DNA of 64,000 bases, taken from the IMG/VR virus record IMGVR_UViG_3300042885_001472. One strand, 5' to 3'. The position numbers and the translations under genes were made by a program. The notes below the pieces were generated by a model. The model was not told the origin of the DNA, did no database searches, and worked only from the letters and a program-made list of their open reading frames with translations. This document shows positions 34,440-44,425 of the stretch, piece by piece. This stretch comes from a virus (Duplodnaviria > Caudoviricetes). The number at the start of each line of letters is the position of its first letter. The stretch's first letter is position 1.

Positions 34440-35162
34440 ATGAAAAACGTAATTAGGGAACAAATAAATAAAGTTAAGAATTTTGAAAAACTTATTAATG
34501 AGAATGTTGGGGATAAAAATAGTAAGTCAATTATTAATTTGATTTTTTCAGAAAATGAAATTGAAGAAATATATAGGATAAAAGATGATATAGCGTCAAA
34601 TTATTTAGATTCCCTAGATGTTGATCCCTTCACAAATGAAGATGATAGTGAGTTAGTAAATTTTGTTAAAAACACGATGACTAACAAAGGGGTTGAAGTA
34701 AGTGATGAAGAATTAAAAATTGTATTAGATTTAATTAATAGAAATATTTTAATTTAAAACTCCCCCTATCTCCAGATATATTTATACCATATGAAAGATT
34801 TAATTAAGAAGATACTAAAGGAAGAATTTAACCCCATTAATTACTACACAACATCAGGTCCAATGACAATGGATGATTTTATAGATATTGAGGTTGAGGA
34901 ACGGGAGAATTATGATCTTGATGATGTTAATGAGTGGATTGAAAAATATGACATTAAATCAAATGACGATATCATATGGGTGGCGTTAGAACCACACATC
35001 GCGGCGCGATATCAAATGAACAGTGGGGATTGGGATAACGCGAAAGAAGTTTATGATAGTAACCCCCATGATTTTGATGTTAAGGTTATAAATTCAAGTA
35101 AGGGATTTTTAATACCTGAAACGGATGATGGGGATGAGGGTTTCATATTTGTTTTTAGATAG
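34440..35162 (+). CDS. Two leader-bearing acidic proteins (34440-34757, 34791-35162)
   Basis: MKNVIREQINKVKNFEKLINE and MKDLIKKILKEE leaders; TATTTAT upstream of both. Confidence 0.75.
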
Positions 35163-35173
35163 TATTATTTACT

Positions 35174-35207
35174 CCCCTATCCTTTATTGTGTAGGGGGCT
35201 TTTTATT
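35174..35207 (+). terminator. Rho-independent terminator
   Basis: CCCCTAT...GTAGGGG followed by a T-tract. Confidence 0.6.
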
Positions 35208-35276
35208 GTCCATTAGAAACATACCAACTTTTTTTCTTTTTCAACCCCAAACCCCTTTATTCACATATTTATTGTT

Positions 35277-36455
35277 ATGAAAACCTTAAACGAACAAATT
35301 GAAAGAATTAATCAATTATCCAACTATGAGGTTGGTGTATTACTATCTGAACAAGATGTGGTTAATGATAAAGAAATGGTAATTAAAGGTGAAAGTTTTT
35401 TTGGTGATGGTAAATGGAAGAATTTATCAAAAGAAGGGTTAAATCATTTATTCAACGAATTAAAAAAAATGAGAACTTTTATTATTAACAATAAAAGTGG
35501 TGTTGTTTATATTAAAATTATCGCTGGTGAATCTCAAGTGACAAATTATGATTCTGAGGTAACCCCAAAAATCCCTGTAGAACCACGTTATTTATCATTA
35601 CATAGAGCGGATACGGTAAAAAAAGTTTTAACTAAATGGTTTAAAGATAGAAAAGATGAAGGTTTAATTAATGAAGTACCAATTTTTGAAGCTCCTGAAG
35701 TGGTTATAGGTAACAACTCTTATGTTAAAGGTGTAGATAACCCAGATGATAAAAAATATGTTCCAGAACGTTTTGTTAAAGTTGAGGTTAAAATTAAATC
35801 CCCATATGAATGTATTGTTGGATTAACGGTTGAGGTTATGTATAATAAAACTTATGACCCTAAATTTCCTTGTCGTGGTGGACATACTTGTAATGAGGCC
35901 AAATTTCAAGTAAATCTTAATGGTGTGTCAATTGGTATCGCTGATTTAAATAATGGTAGTTCACCAGATAGTGGTGGTAATAGAACTAGTGGTAAACTTA
36001 TTGTGGATGATTCAAAAGCCAAATCAATTATTGGTAATAAGAGTAAAAATATAATTATAAGTTTAAAATGTCTTTCTGGGGGTAATTGTCATTCTAGTAC
36101 ACCGGAAGTTAGAATATCTAAAGGAAATACAATCATTTATCATCAATGTTCACCATCAATAAATGATAGAGGTGAAACCCAGGAAAAAACTATTTTAGTT
36201 TTAGATAATTGTGGTAATTTATTACAAAAATCTAACCTACCGGCTGAAGAACAAAAAAAGGGGGATGATAAAAAAGATGTGAGTACCGTACCCCAAAAAA
36301 CATTAAAATCGTTAGATAATGATATTAAATTAATTACTGATTTAGTCACTAATAAAACTATAACTGGTAAGGGTAATTATTTTATTGTGAATAAAATGTT
36401 TAATCATAAAGGAACTCAATTTAATGTGAATGATACAATTTTGAATAAACCTTAG
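35277..36455 (+). CDS. Leader-bearing protein with OmpA-C-like segment and Cys-rich domain
   Basis: MKTLNEQIERINQLS leader; YLSLHRADTVKKVL resembles the LSxxRAxxVxxxL peptidoglycan-binding motif; several paired Cys. Confidence 0.5.
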   Translation: MKTLNEQIERINQLSNYEVGVLLSEQDVVNDKEMVIKGESFFGDGKWKNLSKEGLNHLFNELKKMRTFIINNKSGVVYIKIIAGESQVTNYDSEVTPKIPVEPRYLSLHRADTVKKVLTKWFKDRKDEGLINEVPIFEAPEVVIGNNSYVKGVDNPDDKKYVPERFVKVEVKIKSPYECIVGLTVEVMYNKTYDPKFPCRGGHTCNEAKFQVNLNGVSIGIADLNNGSSPDSGGNRTSGKLIVDDSKAKSIIGNKSKNIIISLKCLSGGNCHSSTPEVRISKGNTIIYHQCSPSINDRGETQEKTILVLDNCGNLLQKSNLPAEEQKKGDDKKDVSTVPQKTLKSLDNDIKLITDLVTNKTITGKGNYFIVNKMFNHKGTQFNVNDTILNKP

Positions 36456-36670
36456 TTACCAATAACATTTGTAGTGTCAACAGACATTCCCATAATTATA
36501 TCCCTATCGTCTTTTGAAAGTTCTTTAAGACACTTTTTAAGTCCTCTCATCATCATACGATCAGCCTTTCTTTCTGTAATTTTTTTACCATTAGTTAATG
36601 TTATAGTTTTTTTACTAACACAAGATGTTATTAAAAGGATTGATACGAGTACTAAGATTAATTTTTTCAT
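36452..36670 (-). CDS. Small lipoprotein
   Basis: MKKLILVLVSILLITS-C lipobox. Confidence 0.7.
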   Translation of the reverse strand: MKKLILVLVSILLITSCVSKKTITLTNGKKITERKADRMMMRGLKKCLKELSKDDRDIIMGMSVDTTNVIGN

Positions 36671-36863
36671 AACTTTAAATTTTAATTGTTAATAATAGTT
36701 TAATTACTGTAAAGATATGGTTTTATTTTCATATAAACAAATTATTTTAATATTTTTACATAAAATATTGATAATCAATTAAATAAAATATAAATTTTAT
36801 GAACTAAAATACCCATACCGATTATTTAAATCCAAAAACCCCTTCATTAAGATATTTATCCTT

Positions 36864-37451
36864 ATGATAAAAATATTATATATATTCCTAATACTTTACC
36901 CCACCATATTATTTTCTCAATTAAGAGATTCCGTTAAAATTAAAACCCCTATCTTTGAGATTATATATAGTGAAATTAAAGAAAGTCCCCTATTGGTGAA
37001 ATACCATGTTGAATGTCCTATGGGAACTATTCCAAGAACTGGTATGAATTTCTATGGTAATGATTCAATCCATACATCTGACGATTTAGATTACATTAAT
37101 AATGTTTACGATAAAGGACATATGGCCCCAGCGGCTGATTTTAATTGTACCAAGGAACTATTAAAACAAACATTTACCTATTTAAATTGTGTACTACAAA
37201 ACCAGTATTTAAATCGAGGTGTTTGGAAAATGTTGGAGATACAAGAAAGATTGTGGGCGAAGAATGATGATGTTGATGTAACTATTGAAATTAAATTTAA
37301 TAAAACTTGTAAAAAATTGGTCTCCGGAGCTGCAATCCCATTAGGATTTTATAAAACAATTAAATTAAAGAAAAAAAATAAAGTTTATAAGTACTATTTC
37401 CCAAATATAAAACCGGTAAAGGATAAATTTTTATATTATCAAATTAAATAG
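36864..37451 (+). CDS. Secreted DNA/RNA non-specific endonuclease
   Basis: Signal peptide; YDKGHMAPAADF, TFTYLN..Q..LNRGVWKMLE (Endonuclease_NS motifs). Confidence 0.9.
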   Translation: MIKILYIFLILYPTILFSQLRDSVKIKTPIFEIIYSEIKESPLLVKYHVECPMGTIPRTGMNFYGNDSIHTSDDLDYINNVYDKGHMAPAADFNCTKELLKQTFTYLNCVLQNQYLNRGVWKMLEIQERLWAKNDDVDVTIEIKFNKTCKKLVSGAAIPLGFYKTIKLKKKNKVYKYYFPNIKPVKDKFLYYQIK

Positions 37452-37463
37452 ATATTTATTGTT

Positions 37464-38366
37464 ATGAAAATTATCATTACAGAATCTCAATATGAATTAC
37501 TAAACGAACAATTAGCTAAATACATTGGTAAAGGTATTGGTAAATTATTTAAATCAACACCAAAGGTTATTAAGTCAATTACACCGGAAATTAAAACATT
37601 AAATAGTGAATTATATAGAGTAATTCCACCTCAATATTTAAAAAACGAAAAAGAAGTTTCTTTATATATTTCCAGATTAAAAAGTCTTAATCAAGATTTA
37701 AATAAAATAAATGTGGATTACATAAAAAAATATGGACAAAAAGCGTATGATGATATTTTAATAAATTTTATTCTTGGTGGTTCTAACGAGAAAACTTTTT
37801 TAAATACATTAAAGAATGTGAAAAACCCAAATATAAGATTAAAACCCATTTTAGGTTTAGGTCGAGAACATTATGTATTTGAATCGGTATTATACCCTAA
37901 TAAAATTATTAAAGTTGAATCATCTCCTGGTACTATTAATAAATGGTATAGTATTTTTAAAAGTAGACCTGATATTTTTCCAGTAATGTTTAAAACTTTA
38001 AAAGTAACTGGTAAGGAAGGTGAAAAATTAATGGGTGTTGTTTTGGAAAGATTAGATACTTCAAAATTCATAAAATTATGGGGTGAAATTGAATCTGAAA
38101 TGTATCCACTTTTTAAAAATTTACCAATATCAGAAAGAGAAGTTTCATTGGAAGGTATTGTCAAATATATTAAAACCCCTAAAGTGAGAAAACAATGGGT
38201 AGAACTTTTAAATTTTACAAAAAAAGAAAAGCCTAATTTAACTCGAAGTATTGATGAGTTTTCAAAGATGGTGAATGAATTATATAAAATAACACCAAAT
38301 CCTGACATTAGAAAATTTAATTTTGGTTATGATGATAAAGGTGTTTTAAAATGTTTAGATATTTAA
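37464..38366 (+). CDS. Leader-bearing protein-kinase-like domain
   Basis: LGLGREHYVF Gly loop, IIKV lysine, VLERLD hinge, PDIRKFNFG catalytic loop (DxxxxN), terminal LDI. Confidence 0.65.
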   Translation: MKIIITESQYELLNEQLAKYIGKGIGKLFKSTPKVIKSITPEIKTLNSELYRVIPPQYLKNEKEVSLYISRLKSLNQDLNKINVDYIKKYGQKAYDDILINFILGGSNEKTFLNTLKNVKNPNIRLKPILGLGREHYVFESVLYPNKIIKVESSPGTINKWYSIFKSRPDIFPVMFKTLKVTGKEGEKLMGVVLERLDTSKFIKLWGEIESEMYPLFKNLPISEREVSLEGIVKYIKTPKVRKQWVELLNFTKKEKPNLTRSIDEFSKMVNELYKITPNPDIRKFNFGYDDKGVLKCLDI

Positions 38367-38398
38367 GTTATTAACCCTTCATCAATATATTTATTATT

Positions 38399-39337
38399 AT
38401 GAAAAACTTAAATGAACAAATAGAAAGGATTAATCAATTATCCGAATATAAGGTTGGTGTTGTTATTAATGAACAATCATCAACTGGGTGTAATTATTCT
38501 GATTATCAAAATGGTGATGGTATTAAAAAACCAAAAATTACGGTCACTAAATCACCGACTGGTGTTGATTTAACATATGAGGGTCCGGAAACTGGTTTTT
38601 GTATACAACATTCAAAAGGTTCTACCGGTGATAGTATTCACCAATTAGCTGGTGTGACTCGTGTAATTGTTTCACAATATCTAAAAGAATTATATAAACA
38701 AGGAACATTTGTTTATCCAGATTTAAAAAATATTGGTATGACTAAAAAAGATAAATTTTTTAGTATTAATGTACCATTTGTTAAAACTACTGAAAGTAAG
38801 GCTATCACAAATTTCAATGAACGTGGTGGTTGGGGACATACCGGTAACGATTCATTTAACGATTTTCTATCCACAATATCTGATACCACAAAATATGGTT
38901 TAGTTACTAAAGAAACTAAAGTGGCTTCTGGTGGTAATTCACCTGACATTACTGAAAATTGGGTATCATTTAGAGATCTTGAAAAATTTCCTATTATGAC
39001 ATCAACTGAAGGTGTGGATGAGTCTAATGAAAAAATTGAAAAAATTGAACATAATAATAATCCAAATATTTTAAGAGAAAGGTTAAAAAAGTTGGGTGTT
39101 ATAATCAATCCAAGTGTCAAATATGTGGGTACTAATAATGGGTATGTTGAAGTAAAATACTTAACAAATTGTCCTAATGAAGGAAAATGTGATAAAGTAA
39201 ATTTAAGTTATGTTTTTTCTGATAGTGGTGAAGAAGATACTGTATTAGAAAAAGTTAAAATTAAAAATACTATTGTAGATGAAATTGATTATTCTATGAA
39301 AGGTGTTAAAGGATATATTATTACTATCCAACAATAA
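38399..39337 (+). CDS. Leader-bearing hypothetical protein
   Basis: MKNLNEQIERINQLSEYKVGVVINE is nearly identical to the 35277 leader; the rest is unrelated. Confidence 0.75.
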   Translation: MKNLNEQIERINQLSEYKVGVVINEQSSTGCNYSDYQNGDGIKKPKITVTKSPTGVDLTYEGPETGFCIQHSKGSTGDSIHQLAGVTRVIVSQYLKELYKQGTFVYPDLKNIGMTKKDKFFSINVPFVKTTESKAITNFNERGGWGHTGNDSFNDFLSTISDTTKYGLVTKETKVASGGNSPDITENWVSFRDLEKFPIMTSTEGVDESNEKIEKIEHNNNPNILRERLKKLGVIINPSVKYVGTNNGYVEVKYLTNCPNEGKCDKVNLSYVFSDSGEEDTVLEKVKIKNTIVDEIDYSMKGVKGYIITIQQ

Positions 39338-39343
39338 TTAAAT

Positions 39344-39814
39344 ATGAAACTATTAATTAAAAAAATCTTAAAGGAAAATATTGATGATAAAATATTTGAT
39401 TTTGTTTTAACTAACATTGAAAGGGGAATTATTAAACCACCCTACGTTAAAACTTTGTCTGAAGATTTTGATTTACCTAATGATCAAATTAAAAGTATAT
39501 TGAAAAAAATTATTGGTGGTAAAGTTACTATGTATAAAAATGGTGATACACTGGTTATTGATCGTAGGGAAAACCGTTTATATGAAGAACATAAAGATGG
39601 TTGGTGGATTAAACAACTTTTTGATGAAAGGGATAATTTAATTTATAGTGAAACTCACGATGGTTGGGCTAAATGGGAATATGATGGGAATCGGAATCTG
39701 ACATACTATGAAAATGATGAAGGTACTTGGGAAAAGATAATGTATGATAAGTGGTCTAATAAAATAATTTATAATGAAACATCTGATGAAGGTGTAGTTA
39801 AAGATCTTAGATGA
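39344..39814 (+). CDS. Leader-bearing protein with YxExxxG-W-K repeats
   Basis: Three to four repeats of N-x-x-Y-x-E-x-x-[DE]-G-W-x-K (beta-hairpin-type repeat). Confidence 0.65.
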   Translation: MKLLIKKILKENIDDKIFDFVLTNIERGIIKPPYVKTLSEDFDLPNDQIKSILKKIIGGKVTMYKNGDTLVIDRRENRLYEEHKDGWWIKQLFDERDNLIYSETHDGWAKWEYDGNRNLTYYENDEGTWEKIMYDKWSNKIIYNETSDEGVVKDLR

Positions 39815-40308
39815 AAAATTTAATTAGGAAAATATTAAAAGAATCAGTTGATAATAGAGTTATAGGTCTTATCAATAAAATGAATTTATCAACTTTTAGT
39901 GAAATTGATAACTTTTTAGAAGAGGTTGGGTATAGTGATGATGAAATTATTGAAATTTATCACAATTACTTTAAAACTATTAGTGGTTTAGAATTAAATC
40001 CTACAAACTGGATGGACTTTTACTTTAGTCCTGATCAATTGGAAATTTTTGAAGATAATAATTATCCCAATACATTATTTATCAAAAAAAATGGTAAGGT
40101 TGTAATGGAAAAAGATAAAAATTTTGAGGAAAATAAATATAAGATTATTTTTATAGATTATCGTTTAATTTGGTCTGTACTTAATAACTTATTTTTTATG
40201 AAAGATACGGAAGTAACTAATTTTTTAAATGAATGGTTGGAAGAAAATTTTAAAATAAAAAACTACAAACCTGTTTATCAATCGTTATCAACATACGGAA
40301 GTAACTAA
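39811..40308 (+). CDS. Fourth member of the 27507-29222 paralog family
   Basis: MKNLIRKILKESVDNRVI..YFKTISGLELNPTNWMDFYFSPDQLEI..KKNGKVVME. Confidence 0.85.
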   Translation: MKNLIRKILKESVDNRVIGLINKMNLSTFSEIDNFLEEVGYSDDEIIEIYHNYFKTISGLELNPTNWMDFYFSPDQLEIFEDNNYPNTLFIKKNGKVVMEKDKNFEENKYKIIFIDYRLIWSVLNNLFFMKDTEVTNFLNEWLEENFKIKNYKPVYQSLSTYGSN

Positions 40309-40380
40309 TTTTTTAACTGGTTGGTTAAAAGAAAATTTTAATATAGAGGGTTATAGACCTATTTATCAATCGTTATAAAT
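40205..40380 (+). repeat. 88-bp tandem duplication of the gene 3' end (72/88 identical by hand alignment; first 24 nt identical)
   Basis: Copy A 40205-40292 lies in the gene; copy B 40293-40380 encodes the alternative tail TEVTNFLTGWLKENFNIEGYRPIYQSL*. Confidence 0.85.
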
Positions 40381-40429
40381 TATATAAAGTTAAAAATTAC
40401 TTTTTAAACTTTAATTGATATTTATACAT

Positions 40430-41713
40430 ATGAAATTGTATATGAATTTAAGTAAAATAATTAAAGAAGTTATTAATGAGTCGATTTTAACTGAAGCTTT
40501 TACTATTGAAGATTTAAAGGATAAATTCGTTAATAAAGGAACTATTGATGAAGAAACTTTTGAAGAAATAATTGGGTTTAATTTAAAAATAAATTACACT
40601 AGTTGGTTACTAAAAATGGTAAACACTAATTTAATCCCCTCAGAAGATGTCTATCAATTTATCCATTATTTAGAAGTTTTTAATAAATTTAAAAATCTTT
40701 ACCCTATTAAAGATATTAATCGTATCAATAAAAATGAGGAAATTGAAGAATTCATCAAAACATCAATTAAAATAATTGAACAAAGTAGTACTAGTGGTCA
40801 AGAAACGAAGGGTGATAAGAATTATGTTACACCAACAGAAATTTCAAGGTTAGATAGGGTTGGTATAAGTTTTTTAGGTACGATTAGTAGATACCAAGTC
40901 TTTAAAATACCTTACACCATTAATCCTGAAGCGACCTGGAAAGAATATAGAGAAATATTAGGTAGATGTTCTGGTAGAGGTAGTGGTTTATTAGACCCTG
41001 ATGGTGAACCAGTGGCTGTTAAATTTTGTACTATAGCTACACTACCACGTTTTAAACAATACACAGAAGATGGTCCAATGTATGTATTTTTTAATACAGC
41101 TGATCATTTAAGTCCTTATCAATTTCACTATGAAAGTAGTCAGTATAAAGACAGAAGAAATCTAAACATATTTACGGGTGTAAAAATAGGTAGTAAAGAA
41201 TTTAAAATTTATAATTCATTTTTTAACTTTTTATTTGAAAAAGAAGGGAGGGTTATACCTAAAGATGTGTTTGATATTTATATGAAACCAGAATCCAATG
41301 GAATAATAAGTCCTAAAAATATAAAATTATTTGCCCAAGAATTTGGTATAAATACGATACCAACAGAATATTTAGATTCATTACGTGAAAGTTATATTAG
41401 AACAATTAATAATAGTTTAAAAAAATCAAAAATTAATACCATTCCTTTAGAATTTTATGTAAACATACAAAATATATTTAACCCAAAAAATTCAAAATAT
41501 GTTTTAGATTTTTTAAAAAGTAATAGTATTAAAGCACCACAAGAATTGATTGATTTGTCTGAACGTAAGATTAATAAATTTTCAACTATGAGTGACACTG
41601 AATTAAAACAATACCCTAAAGGAATTGGGGGGAGTAAAAATGTTGACTGGTATGAAAGTACTGAATTTGATGAGTGGGAAAAAGAGATAGAACTTAGAAA
41701 TTTTTTTAAATAA
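40430..41713 (+). CDS. Leader-bearing protein, paralog of the 48584 N-terminal region (start corrected from 40415)
   Basis: WLLK..YLEVFNKFK..KFCT..F..YTEDG..YQFHYESSQYKD is shared with 48584. Confidence 0.75.
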   Translation: MKLYMNLSKIIKEVINESILTEAFTIEDLKDKFVNKGTIDEETFEEIIGFNLKINYTSWLLKMVNTNLIPSEDVYQFIHYLEVFNKFKNLYPIKDINRINKNEEIEEFIKTSIKIIEQSSTSGQETKGDKNYVTPTEISRLDRVGISFLGTISRYQVFKIPYTINPEATWKEYREILGRCSGRGSGLLDPDGEPVAVKFCTIATLPRFKQYTEDGPMYVFFNTADHLSPYQFHYESSQYKDRRNLNIFTGVKIGSKEFKIYNSFFNFLFEKEGRVIPKDVFDIYMKPESNGIISPKNIKLFAQEFGINTIPTEYLDSLRESYIRTINNSLKKSKINTIPLEFYVNIQNIFNPKNSKYVLDFLKSNSIKAPQELIDLSERKINKFSTMSDTELKQYPKGIGGSKNVDWYESTEFDEWEKEIELRNFFK

Positions 41714-41715
41714 AT

Positions 41716-42396
41716 ATGAGAAAAAAAATTATACAATTAACGGAATCAGATCTTAGAGAATTAGTCCGTAAAATAATGGTTGAGGTTGAGTTACCTACGG
41801 AAGAAGTATCTGATCCGGTAATAGATTCAATAAGAGATAGGGTTATTGATCATGAGGGTAAACGAAATACGGTTTATAAAGATTCTCGTGGAATACCCAC
41901 AATAGGTGTTGGTTTTAATTTAAATAGACAAGATTCAAACGCTTTATTAACACAAGTTGGGGCTAATCCTGGACAAATAAAACGAGGACAAAGTAAACTT
42001 AGTAATAAACAAATTAATACATTATTAAATAAAGACCTTAAAAAATCTAAAGAAGACGCTAAACAATTAGTTAAAAACTTTACAGGATTACCATCAGAAA
42101 TACAAGGTGTACTTATTGAAATGGTATTTAATTTAGGTAAGTTTGGTTTAGCTAAATTTAAGAAATTTTTAGATTACATTAATAAAAAAGATTGGAAAAA
42201 AGCTTCAATTGAAATGTTAGATTCTGATTGGTCTAAACAAGTTGGTAGACGTTCTAAAACACTTTCAAATATAATCGCGTTACAAGGTTCATATGGTGAT
42301 TTATCTAACGCTAAAAATGTTTATGATAAACTTAACCAAACTGATGTTTTTATGGGTAAACAATTTGATAAAAATACTGGTTTAAAGATTAATTAA
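41716..42396 (+). CDS. Leader-bearing GH24 (T4-type) lysozyme
   Basis: HEGKRNTVYKDSRGIPTIGVGFNL (E-x8-D-x5-T triad), MVFNLG..L.KF, WSKQVGRR. Confidence 0.88.
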   Translation: MRKKIIQLTESDLRELVRKIMVEVELPTEEVSDPVIDSIRDRVIDHEGKRNTVYKDSRGIPTIGVGFNLNRQDSNALLTQVGANPGQIKRGQSKLSNKQINTLLNKDLKKSKEDAKQLVKNFTGLPSEIQGVLIEMVFNLGKFGLAKFKKFLDYINKKDWKKASIEMLDSDWSKQVGRRSKTLSNIIALQGSYGDLSNAKNVYDKLNQTDVFMGKQFDKNTGLKIN

Positions 42397-42428
42397 TTAT
42401 CCTTAATGGAAAAAATTCTCCAATTATC

Positions 42429-42489
42429 TTGTTTTAGTGGAAAATATTTGTAGATTATACCATTTTTTATTGTTTTAGTGGAAAATATT
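42429..42489 (+). repeat. 20-bp direct repeat TTGTTTTAGTGGAAAATATT (42429-42448, 42470-42489)
   Basis: Identical copies 41 bp apart, with a partial third copy near 42404, upstream of ORF 42541. Confidence 0.7.
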
Positions 42490-42540
42490 CCTTAAATTTA
42501 CCACACAATAACCCCAGTTATAAAAAAAATAAATTAAAAA

Positions 42541-43220
42541 ATGGAAACAACTATGTATTTTATTTTAGGTATCCTCACGATTATTGTACCAATATTCATT
42601 GGTATGATTATTATGGGTTTAGTTAAGATTAACAGACAACAAAAACAAATAAAAGATCTTATTGAACAAATTAATTTTCAAGGGAGAGATTTTAATAACA
42701 CATTCTTAGACATTCGTAGGTCAAAAGAAAATGATACTCGTAATATGTATGAAGAATTACGAGAGTTAGAAAAAAGAGTACAAAATCATTTAGATGATTT
42801 TAAAAGAGAAACAAAATCGTATACCGATTCTAGGGTTGATAAATTAATTGACACCTATTTTGAATATAAAAAAATAAGTAAAGATAGTAAGGAACTATTA
42901 AAGGACTAAAATAAAAACTGGGGTTATTTTAAACTAAAATTAATTTAATTATAAAGAATATGCCAAGATTTTCAGAAGAAGTAGATTTCAACATTAGTGT
43001 TGAGGAATTTTTATCAAAATGTTCACCAAAAAATATTAAAGACTTAATACAATTATTAGAAGATGATAATCACATCAACCAATATAATAATAGAGTGTTA
43101 AACTTTATGGAGGAGAAGTATGTTAATCATTGTAATCATTTAAAAAATTCTTACTTACAGATTAGTAAAGAAGATTATGAGATAATAGAAAATTTATCTA
43201 AAAAATATGGTGGTTACTAA
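42541..43220 (+). CDS. Membrane-anchored coiled-coil protein (42541-42909) and hypothetical protein (42960-43220)
   Basis: N-terminal TM followed by a coiled coil in 42541; spanin- or holin-like context next to the lysozyme is possible but unsupported. Confidence 0.7.
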
Positions 43221-43242
43221 TATTTATTAGTAAAAAAACCCA

Positions 43243-44346
43243 ATGAAAAATTATTTTAAATCTTTATTTCTATTTTTTTCAATAATTTGTACTTTACATA
43301 GTAATTCTCAGACAATATGTCCAACGACAATTCTTTATGATTATATGGAAACATATACCTGGTTTGGTAATTGGAGTACACCCACTAATACTGGATTTTA
43401 TTTAAACGCTTCGGTAACACCCTCAGTTAGTGGAGTAATATTTGGATCAGGTAATGGTTCATCGGGGATTGAAACGGCTATATACACTTTACCAAATGTA
43501 ACTGGTTTAAATAGTCTTTATAATTATAAATTTAGATTTAGACTAGCTTCATATAGATTTTCTAATCCAACCACTGCGACAGCTGGTGTTGATAACCCTG
43601 ATTACATTGATGTAAGATATTCAATAAACAATGGAACTTCATACACAACTGAAATGAGGATTACTGGTAACGCTAACGCTTATTGGGATTACAACATTTT
43701 AGGTGTGATCACTAAAACAGCTACTGGTATTATGACAACATATTCACCATTAGGTGGGGGTAATCGAACAACCACCGGAGATGGGTATTCAGTACTTGAA
43801 TTAACATTACCAGTTGGTATTACACAATTAATGTTTCAAATAAGTTGTAGAGTTAATTCTGCTGGAGAAGAGTGGTGGTTAGATAATGTTGAATTGATTG
43901 AAATGACTCCTTGTTCAATATTACCAATAGAATTAGTTAGTTTTGATGGTTTTAACCATATAAATTATAATTATTTAACTTGGGTATCAGCTACTGAGGT
44001 AAATAATGATTATTATTTGTTAGAACGAAGTGTTGATGGTATTAATTGGGTTGAAATAACTAAAAAATATAGTATTGGTACATTAAATACACCCACTTTT
44101 TATGATTATTCTGATCATACCTATATAAATGGTGAAATTAACTATTATCGTCTATCACAAGTAGATTATGATGGTAAAAAAGTATATTTTAACATAATTA
44201 GTTTAGAATCAAAAAATTCCTTAAATAACTGTCTTTATGAGTATTTTAACTTAAATGGACAAGAAATTGATATCCAAAATGTAAGTTCTGGACTTTATTT
44301 AAGGAAATGTGGTAATAAATTTGAAAAAATTCTTAAAATTGAATAA
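43243..44346 (+). CDS. Secreted protein with LPIELVSF Ig-like domain and degenerate T9SS-type C-terminus
   Basis: Signal peptide; LPIELVSF..LTWVSATEVNNDYYLLERS..YYRLSQVDYDG; YFNLNGQ..SGLYL..EKILK. Confidence 0.75.
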   Translation: MKNYFKSLFLFFSIICTLHSNSQTICPTTILYDYMETYTWFGNWSTPTNTGFYLNASVTPSVSGVIFGSGNGSSGIETAIYTLPNVTGLNSLYNYKFRFRLASYRFSNPTTATAGVDNPDYIDVRYSINNGTSYTTEMRITGNANAYWDYNILGVITKTATGIMTTYSPLGGGNRTTTGDGYSVLELTLPVGITQLMFQISCRVNSAGEEWWLDNVELIEMTPCSILPIELVSFDGFNHINYNYLTWVSATEVNNDYYLLERSVDGINWVEITKKYSIGTLNTPTFYDYSDHTYINGEINYYRLSQVDYDGKKVYFNIISLESKNSLNNCLYEYFNLNGQEIDIQNVSSGLYLRKCGNKFEKILKIE

Positions 44347-44425
44347 TTTTCATAAAAAAATTAGGTTAATTAAAATTAAATTTTTACATTTGTATTAGAT
44401 AATTAACTATAAAAAAATTAAAGTT

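Noticed and set aside
40205-40380. Diversity-generating retroelement TR/VR pair
   Set aside because: Mismatches are not adenine-specific in either direction, and no reverse transcriptase is in the window.
42541-42909. Holin or spanin call
   Set aside because: Only a TM plus coiled coil near a lysozyme; no overlapping lipoprotein partner or family motif.
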